Assembly (NCBI GenBank): GCA_016186955.1
Contig: JACPKP010000003.1
Coordinates: forward strand, 2,290-66,289
Length of the DNA: 64,000 nt
Origin: Candidatus Daviesbacteria bacterium
GTDB lineage: Bacteria > Patescibacteriota > Microgenomatia > Daviesbacterales > UBA10151
Direction: 5' to 3'
Position numbers and translations under genes: made by a program. This document shows positions 57,320 through 64,000 of this stretch, piece after piece. The number at the start of each line of letters is the position of its first letter. Within the stretch, counting starts at the first letter, position 1. The notes under the pieces were generated by a model. That model made no database searches. It was not told the DNA's origin and saw nothing but the letters and a program-made list of their open reading frames with translations.

Positions 57320-57709
57320 TCAAACATCAAATTTATCCCCGGGGGCAGATGGGGTTTTGACAACAAAAACTTTAGTTCCGGGTGCATTCTCAGGATTTTG
57401 CAGCACAGTTCCGGGTGGAATAACCAGGAACTCATTTTCCTCAAGATTTATTTCCTCTTTTTGGTCAACAATGAGCCTTAATCTGCCGGATAAAACAAAA
57501 GTTACCTCATACATTAGTTTATGATAGTGAGGTTTAGACTCATCAATAACAGGTAATTCCATTATTGCACACTCCAGATCCTCCCTTTGGAGCAGTGGAT
57601 CTTTTAAAAAAGCGCCAATAAAATAACCTTTATTTTTGTCAAAATCCTTTATGTTGCCTTTAAAAAACCTGGGACTTTCCTGCTCTCTTTCCAAATTCTC
57701 AATTGACAT
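57320..57709 (-). CDS. Cupin-domain protein
   Basis: PHYHK...EVTFVLSG...VIPPG. Start at ATG 57709, preceded by TATAAT. Confidence 0.8.
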   Translation of the reverse strand: MSIENLEREQESPRFFKGNIKDFDKNKGYFIGAFLKDPLLQREDLECAIMELPVIDESKPHYHKLMYEVTFVLSGRLRLIVDQKEEINLEENEFLVIPPGTVLQNPENAPGTKVFVVKTPSAPGDKFDV

Positions 57710-57740
57710 GGCAGGATTATAACATATTATATTATTTGAA

Positions 57741-58547
57741 ATGACAAGTGATGTAAAAGTTTGTGTTATCCCTGCTGCAGGCAAAGGGTCAAGGTGGGCT
57801 CCTGTTTCCGGGTACCTTCCCAAAGAGATGTTGCCTCTTGTAGAGAGGCCGGTTATAGAATGGGTCGTGAGTGAAGCAGCAGCTGGAGGTTTCAAAGAGG
57901 TTATTATTGTGTTGAATAAACAGAAAAATGCGATAAAAAAATATCTGCAAAAAAATGTTGAGGTTAATAAAAAAGTTAAGCTAAGCTTTGTTTATCAGGA
58001 AAAACCTCTGGGGATAGCACATGCGCTGTTTATCTTAAGGCATATAATTGGGGACAGGCCATTTGGGATGGCTTTACCGGATCTGCCAACAATCTCAAGG
58101 AAACCTGTCATTGGGCAACTGGTAAAAGCTTTCCAATCTCTGGGGGGGAAAGCACACATCACATCTTTCAATATTTTTCCGGAAAACTGCAGACATTTTT
58201 ACAGCGAATGTTTGCTGGAGAAATATGAAAAAAAGCAGTTACTAAAATTGATTCATTTTTGTCCGAAAACAAAAAATTCTCAAAAACCCCACCATCCTTT
58301 AAATAAACTCAGGATGTCAGGAAGGTATGTATTTAACCCATCAATTTTCAAAAGTTTAGAAAATTTAATGGAAAATGCGGTAAATAGTGAAATTACTGAT
58401 GTTGACGGGTTAAAGGCTGTCATGAAAGACAACCAGGAGGTGGTTGGTTTTGCCATTGAGGGGCATACCTATGATACCGGCAATCCGGCTAGCTATATCA
58501 GGGCGAATACAGCTTTTTTTAAAAAGAGGCTCGCCAAAAACAGTTGA
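57741..58547 (+). CDS. Sugar-1-phosphate nucleotidyltransferase (GalU-like)
   Basis: IPAAGKGSRW, PKEMLP, QEKPLGIAHA, EITD, YDTG. Confidence 0.85.
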   Translation: MTSDVKVCVIPAAGKGSRWAPVSGYLPKEMLPLVERPVIEWVVSEAAAGGFKEVIIVLNKQKNAIKKYLQKNVEVNKKVKLSFVYQEKPLGIAHALFILRHIIGDRPFGMALPDLPTISRKPVIGQLVKAFQSLGGKAHITSFNIFPENCRHFYSECLLEKYEKKQLLKLIHFCPKTKNSQKPHHPLNKLRMSGRYVFNPSIFKSLENLMENAVNSEITDVDGLKAVMKDNQEVVGFAIEGHTYDTGNPASYIRANTAFFKKRLAKNS

Positions 58548-58660
58548 TGCTGTTTGGTACCTTTAATCCCTCTTGACCCTTCATTGGCATAAAAGCTATA
58601 AGTAAATTACTGTAAATTTTTTGTGCCAGTAACAAAATTTTCAGCCTCGATTATTTTACA

Positions 58661-60178
58661 ATGGAAAAGATCCATGATATTCCGGTGTGTTTCATCATCC
58701 CCCCTTCAACATTCCTGGCTGATGAGCGGGTTTTTCCATTCCTGGGCCCTTTGAAAGTTGCGGCTGAGCTCAAAAAAAACGGCAACAAGGTAGAGGTGTT
58801 GGATTTGTCAGGTTATGGCAACTTTGAGGAGATTGTTGAACAATACGTTAAAGAAACAGATATTAAAAACTTTGCCCTTACTGCCACTACGCCTCAAATC
58901 CCTGCTGCTGCAAAAATAGTCAATAAGTTAAGAGAGGGTGCCCCTGAAGGGAAAATTATTTTAGGCGGGCCGCATACAACCTTAACCTATACAGGCATGA
59001 CGGAAGATCTTAAAGCAGGGAGGCTTTCCAGGGGAACCCTTGCTTACAGGCAGCTTGAGGGTCTTTTTGATAAGTTGGTGGTAGGCGATGGGGAGTTGGC
59101 TATTTTCCGGGCGCTTGATCCAGAATGTAAACTTAAGACCATAGATGCCGGGAATTTAAAATCACCCCTATTCATGCAAAAAGGGACGCTGGAAAATTTT
59201 GAGTTTCCTGCCAGGGATTTGATTGACTTGGATAGTTACCATTATTATATTGACGGCCACAGGGCTTTTTCAGTAATTGCCCAACTCGGTTGTCCTTTTG
59301 AATGTGGCTTTTGCGGTGGTAGGGATTCCCAGGTTTTCCGGGTTGCCCGTTCCAGAAGCATAAACCATGTGATTTCAGAGATAGAGTATGAGGTTGGTAA
59401 ATCCAGGGAGAGAGGAAACCCATATTCAGCAGCCATGTTTTATGATGATGAGTTAAACATCTCGCCAAAAAATCTTGAAAACCTCTGCCAAGAGTTGATT
59501 TTGATGCAAGAACGGCTTGGGGTGGAGATGAGGTTTAGGGGGTTTGTCAAAGCTGAACTTTTTACACCTACCCAGGCAAAACTGATGTATGATGCAGGCT
59601 TCAGGATGCTTTTATCAGGGGTAGAATCAGGGTCAGATGAGATGTTAAAAACTATGAAGAAGCACACTACCTCTTTGATCAACAGCATCTGTTTAAATTA
59701 TGCAAAAGATGCAGGACTTAAATTCAAAGCATTGATGTCTATCGGCCACCCGGGGGAATCCGAAAAAACCGTCCGGGAATCTGTTGATTGGGTCCTAAAA
59801 AATAAACCCGATGATGTGGACTGGACCATCATTACCCAATACCCGGGGTCCCCTTATTTTGATAAGTCTATTTATGATGATCAAGAGCAGGCTTGGGTGT
59901 ATGTTGAAACCAAAACCGGTCATAAACTTTGGAGCAGGGCGATTGACTATACTGTTGAAGCTGAATATTATAAAGGTGTGCCCGGGGATTATACCTCTTA
60001 TGTCTGGACAAAATATTTGAGTTCGGAAAGATTGGTGGAGCTTCGTGATGGGGCAGAACAGGTCACCAGAAATGCCCTCAAACTGCCCCCAATCACTGAA
60101 GCTGCAGTCCTCCAATTTGAGCACTCTATGGGTCAAAATTTACCAAGAAATATTTTGAGAGTGTCAAGTATAGTCTGA
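58661..60178 (+). CDS. Cobalamin-binding radical SAM protein
   Basis: B12-binding N-terminal domain (PFLG..AA, ILGGPH), CPFECGFC, GVESGS, YPGSP. Confidence 0.9.
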   Translation: MEKIHDIPVCFIIPPSTFLADERVFPFLGPLKVAAELKKNGNKVEVLDLSGYGNFEEIVEQYVKETDIKNFALTATTPQIPAAAKIVNKLREGAPEGKIILGGPHTTLTYTGMTEDLKAGRLSRGTLAYRQLEGLFDKLVVGDGELAIFRALDPECKLKTIDAGNLKSPLFMQKGTLENFEFPARDLIDLDSYHYYIDGHRAFSVIAQLGCPFECGFCGGRDSQVFRVARSRSINHVISEIEYEVGKSRERGNPYSAAMFYDDELNISPKNLENLCQELILMQERLGVEMRFRGFVKAELFTPTQAKLMYDAGFRMLLSGVESGSDEMLKTMKKHTTSLINSICLNYAKDAGLKFKALMSIGHPGESEKTVRESVDWVLKNKPDDVDWTIITQYPGSPYFDKSIYDDQEQAWVYVETKTGHKLWSRAIDYTVEAEYYKGVPGDYTSYVWTKYLSSERLVELRDGAEQVTRNALKLPPITEAAVLQFEHSMGQNLPRNILRVSSIV

Positions 60179-60313
60179 ATATTCTTCAAATTCAGGATTA
60201 GGTCAATCTTTAAAAAGCATTTCCAATTTAAGAATACTATGGTAAATTAGCAACAAGAAGATACCACGCCACGGTGCGTAAGCCCGCGGAGTTGCATATA
60301 GAATATTCTGAAC

Positions 60314-61687
60314 ATGTTTACCAGCCCACGGTTTTCGCAAAGTTTGGATAAAACAGGCTTATCCTTAATATTGCCCTGTTTTAATGAAGCAGGATATCTA
60401 TGGGATTCTTATAAAAAGATAGTTGCAGAATTTCAGAAATATAAAATAGACTACGAAATAATTTTTATTGATGACCAAAGTCAAGACAATACAGTGGAAA
60501 TTATTAAAAAAATTCAAGCCGGAGATAATCGAGTAAAATACAAAATGCATCATAAAAATCAGGGAAGAGGGCAGACTGTTATGGATGGAATCAGGATTGC
60601 AAAAAATGATACGATAGGTTTTTTGGATGCTGATTTGGAGATTTCTGAAAAATATATTAAAATATTCGTTAAAAAATTAGAGGAAGGGTATGACCTTGCA
60701 ATTGCTAAGAGATCATACACAATAAGCGTGCTTGCTTTACATCGGTTGATATTAAGCAAAGGCTACCACTGTTTAGAAAAAATATTGTTAGGGTTACCAT
60801 TTAACGATACACAATCCGGGTATAAATTTTTTATAAGATCTAAAATTAATCCCATACTTACAAAAATTGTTGACAAAAATTGGTTTTGGGATACTGAAAT
60901 AGTAGCCAGAAGTTACTATAATGATTTAAAAATTGTTCAAATACCAGTAATTTTCAAAAGAAGGTTGGATAAAAAATCCACAGTAAAAATTTTTAGCGAT
61001 TCTTGGACAAGTTTTAAAAGTTTATGGCAATTTGGGAAGGAATACAAGTTTCCAGGATTTGTTACTACCAAATTGGTGCTTAGTGTCAAAAATGATATTA
61101 AGGCACTGATAATGACTGTATTAAAGATTATTCTTTTCCCGTTTGCCCAGATGGAAAAACTTACACCCAAAAAAGGCAAGATCTTGGATCTTGGCTGCGG
61201 AGAAGGTACGTTTACTAAATATTTAGCAGAAACTTCTCAAAACAGGCAGGTTATTGGTATAGATTATTCAATAGGTCGTATCAGTAAAGCTAAAATAGGC
61301 GTTATGAATAAGCAAAATATTAAATTTATTCTTGGAGATATACTCAAAATTAGCTACCCAAAATGCGATGCAGTTGTTTTATCCGACACGCTCCACCATT
61401 TTAATCATAAAAACCAGAAATTTATTTTAACAAAATGTTACAAAGCGCTCAGGACAGATGGTATGATTTTAATTCGGGATGTTAACCCTGATGGTAGTCT
61501 AAAGCACCGTTTAAGTAAGTTTTGGGATGATATACTATATCCTGATGCTGAACCTGTTTCTTATTTACCACCCAAAATATGGGTTAATATATTAACTAAA
61601 ATAGGTTTTAATACCTGCTCAACGATCAATGCGAGATCATGGCCCATTATTTCTACAGTTCTGATTACAGCCAAAAAGAGTATTTAA
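60314..61687 (+). CDS. GT2 glycosyltransferase fused to a class I methyltransferase
   Basis: N-terminal LPCFNE, IDDQSQD, DADLE, DTQSGYK; C-terminal ILDLGCGEG, DTLHH. Confidence 0.85.
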   Translation: MFTSPRFSQSLDKTGLSLILPCFNEAGYLWDSYKKIVAEFQKYKIDYEIIFIDDQSQDNTVEIIKKIQAGDNRVKYKMHHKNQGRGQTVMDGIRIAKNDTIGFLDADLEISEKYIKIFVKKLEEGYDLAIAKRSYTISVLALHRLILSKGYHCLEKILLGLPFNDTQSGYKFFIRSKINPILTKIVDKNWFWDTEIVARSYYNDLKIVQIPVIFKRRLDKKSTVKIFSDSWTSFKSLWQFGKEYKFPGFVTTKLVLSVKNDIKALIMTVLKIILFPFAQMEKLTPKKGKILDLGCGEGTFTKYLAETSQNRQVIGIDYSIGRISKAKIGVMNKQNIKFILGDILKISYPKCDAVVLSDTLHHFNHKNQKFILTKCYKALRTDGMILIRDVNPDGSLKHRLSKFWDDILYPDAEPVSYLPPKIWVNILTKIGFNTCSTINARSWPIISTVLITAKKSI

Positions 61688-61714
61688 AATAATCAAATCT
61701 ATTATAATAACGCC

Positions 61715-62260
61715 ATGAAAGCTTTACGGGAAATTGGCATAAAAAAAGCTGTCTATTATTTATTTTTTAAGATATTTGATCTGCTGGTTGATTTATCGCC
61801 TATACCTCAGGTGAGATCTATTTTACTGCAGTTGGCTGGTGTCAAAATAGGCAAGGAAAATGTTATACATGATGTTAGCTTCTTTAACTATTATAAAAAG
61901 GGTTTTTCAACTTTAAAAATTGGGAGCTATTGTTTTATAGGCGACGGAGTGATGATAGACCTGTCAGGAGGTGTAGTATTAGAGAACCATGTGACTTTAT
62001 CAAACAGAGTTTTAGTTTTAACCCATACAAATGTTGGGTATAAAAATCATCCGTTACAAAAGTTTTTTCCAAAATTTACTAAAAAAGTCTTATTTAAAGA
62101 GGGTTGTTATGTAGGAGCAGGAGCCCAGATTATGCCGGGGGTTGTAATTGGCGAGTGTGCTGTTGTAGGGGCAGGAGCTGTAGTAATCAAAAATGTTCAG
62201 TCATGGACTGTGGTAGGTGGCATACCAGCCAAAAAAATTCGGAAAATAATTCGAGCATGA
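61715..62260 (+). CDS. Hexapeptide-repeat (LbH) acyltransferase
   Basis: IGxxxxIG repeats, GAGAVV, VVGGIPAK. Confidence 0.88.
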   Translation: MKALREIGIKKAVYYLFFKIFDLLVDLSPIPQVRSILLQLAGVKIGKENVIHDVSFFNYYKKGFSTLKIGSYCFIGDGVMIDLSGGVVLENHVTLSNRVLVLTHTNVGYKNHPLQKFFPKFTKKVLFKEGCYVGAGAQIMPGVVIGECAVVGAGAVVIKNVQSWTVVGGIPAKKIRKIIRA

Positions 62261-63429
62261 ATAGAAAGGATACATTTCTGGTATTTGGTAAACCTCACTT
62301 CAACCAGGATGAAATTGATGAAATCATAGATACTATAAAATCCGGGTGGTGGGGTACCGGACCTAAAACAGAAAAATTTGAATGGTTATTTAAAGAGTAT
62401 ATTGGTAGTAAATATTCATTGGCAGTAAATTCAGCAACTTCAGGCTTATTTTTAGCGCTTAAGGTATTAGGAATTTCAGAAGGTGATGAGGTTATTACTA
62501 CACCTTTGACTTTTTGTTCAACAGCCAACGTTATTCTCCATCTGGGAGCAAAACCGGTGTTTGCAGATATTGAAAGCGATTCATGGAATATAGATCCTAT
62601 CCAAATTGAAAAAAAAATAACTAAAAAAACCAAAGCCATATTACCAGTTCACTTGCATGGCAGGCCCTGTAAAATGGACCAGATCCGGGCAATTGCAAAA
62701 AAGCATAAGCTATATGTGGTTGAAGATGCTGCGCATGCTACTGAAGCCTGGTTTAAAAAAAAGAAGATTGGTAATATTTCCGATATTACGGTTTTTTCCT
62801 TCTATGTAACTAAAAATATCGCCACGGGAGAGGGAGGGATGGTAACAACGAACAATCGCAAATGGATAGAAAAAATGAGAGTTTTAAGCCTTCATGGTTT
62901 ATCCAGAGATGCTTATAAAAGATATTCAGTTAAGGAGTACGTAAATTATGAATGTATGTATCCTGGCTATAAGTTTAATATGACTGATTTAACCGCCTCA
63001 CTTGGTATACATCAACTGAGCAGGGTTAAAAAAAATTTTAAAATAAGAGGTCAGTTATGGGATTTGTATAATAAAGAGTTTGAGGATTGCCCTCTATTGA
63101 GTGTTCCGAAAAATGAAGATAATGATACTGTGCATGCGCGTCATATATATGCTATTTTATTAAAACTTGAGCTGATAAAAGTGAGTAGGGATAAATGTAT
63201 TAGTTTGTTAATTAGGGAAAAAATCGGAAGCGGTGTGCATTTTACACCCGTACACCTACACCACTATTACAAAAAAACTTTTGGGTATAGAAAGGGAGAT
63301 TATCCCAATGCAGAATTTATTGGCGAAAGGGTCATATCACTTCCGTTTGGAGCTAACTTAAAAGTTAAAGACATAAAGAGGGTTGCAGAAACTGTTAAAA
63401 AATTGCTTCATCAAAACTCAATACAATAA
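62257..63429 (+). CDS. DegT/DnrJ/EryC1/StrS sugar aminotransferase
   Basis: AVNSAT, EDAAHA, SFYVTKNIATGEGG, GYKFNMTD. True start is ATG 62257. Confidence 0.93.
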   Translation: MNRKDTFLVFGKPHFNQDEIDEIIDTIKSGWWGTGPKTEKFEWLFKEYIGSKYSLAVNSATSGLFLALKVLGISEGDEVITTPLTFCSTANVILHLGAKPVFADIESDSWNIDPIQIEKKITKKTKAILPVHLHGRPCKMDQIRAIAKKHKLYVVEDAAHATEAWFKKKKIGNISDITVFSFYVTKNIATGEGGMVTTNNRKWIEKMRVLSLHGLSRDAYKRYSVKEYVNYECMYPGYKFNMTDLTASLGIHQLSRVKKNFKIRGQLWDLYNKEFEDCPLLSVPKNEDNDTVHARHIYAILLKLELIKVSRDKCISLLIREKIGSGVHFTPVHLHHYYKKTFGYRKGDYPNAEFIGERVISLPFGANLKVKDIKRVAETVKKLLHQNSIQ

Positions 63430-63431
63430 TA

Positions 63432-64000
63432 ATGATAAAATCGGGAAACTTCATTTTTAGTACAAAACTACAGCTACTCCTTATTGCTTTTTTAACAACT
63501 TTAGCTTATTCCAGTTTTTTCCAAAACGGGTTTATCGGGGATGATGAGAAATTTATGATGATTTGGGCGGAGATTAGGCATATTGAAAATATTCCCAGGT
63601 TTTTTTTAGGGTTTGGGTATGGAGGAGATGAGGCCAATAACACCCGCTACCTGCCTGTTGGGAATACATATTTGGCTATTATGTACCAGCTTTGGGGTAC
63701 TAATCCTTTGGGGTACCATTTTGCTAACCTGTTGGTTCATATAATGAGTGCTGTAGCTGTATACTTCATAGCCAGAGAAATAGTGATGAGTGTATGGTTT
63801 AAGACAAAAAACAATTTAGGTATAAATCTGGTGCCCTTTCTTACATCCCTTCTTTTTGCAATCCATCCCGTACAAACAGAAACAGTCAATTTTGTTTTTT
63901 TATCAAGAATTATTTTAGGTTTTATGTTTTATTTTTTTTCTTTTTTATTTTTTTTAAAAATTAATACAAAATTTAACCTAAATCTCTATCTTCTATCATT
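63432..64000 (+). CDS. TMTC-like glycosyltransferase copy 10 (truncated by window end)
   Basis: Manual translation MIKSGNFIFSTKLQLLLIAFLTTLAYSSFFQNGFIGDDEKF...NPLGYH...IHPVQTE. Confidence 0.75.
   Translation, partial: MIKSGNFIFSTKLQLLLIAFLTTLAYSSFFQNGFIGDDEKFMMIWAEIRHIENIPRFFLGFGYGGDEANNTRYLPVGNTYLAIMYQLWGTNPLGYHFANLLVHIMSAVAVYFIAREIVMSVWFKTKNNLGINLVPFLTSLLFAIHPVQTETVNFVFLSRIILGFMFYFFSFLFFLKINTKFNLNLYLLS

Noticed and set aside
60262-60295. REP/IS605-like hairpin CCACGGTGCGTAAGCCCGCGG
   Set aside because: A single short imperfect copy, too weak to call.

Overview
AT-rich bacterial chromosome segment, most consistent with a Patescibacteria/CPR (Microgenomates-like) genome. That taxonomy is inferred from gene content and from -10 boxes sitting directly upstream of start codons. 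1-10.3 kb is mostly housekeeping and envelope genes: rpsA, tRNA-Pro, tRNA-Arg, PaaX/Cas2-like gene, sortase, PEGA protein, phosphoesterase, ndk, radA, LytR_C protein, PIN/TRAM protein and a MerR/HspR-type regulator. 11-64 kb is a large surface-glycoprotein locus. It starts with a 3654-aa fusion protein (IS481-like HTH domains, a processive GT2 with QxxRW, nested Ser/Thr-rich Kelch-like propellers, and an IPE-TM-basic C-terminal sorting signal) and a neighbouring exosortase/archaeosortase. Ten TMTC-like TPR protein O-glycosyltransferase paralogs follow, with other GT-C and GT2 enzymes and sugar-tailoring genes. Many coding sequences carry short palindromic or tandem-repeat elements from several families, inserted in frame and repeatedly in the same loops of paralogs. 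Two of the repeat types flank small genes (four-helix-bundle and GxxExxY) as inverted arms, which suggests a REP/REPIN-like family of mobile micro-elements. All calls come from reading the sequence and motifs by eye; no database search was run.
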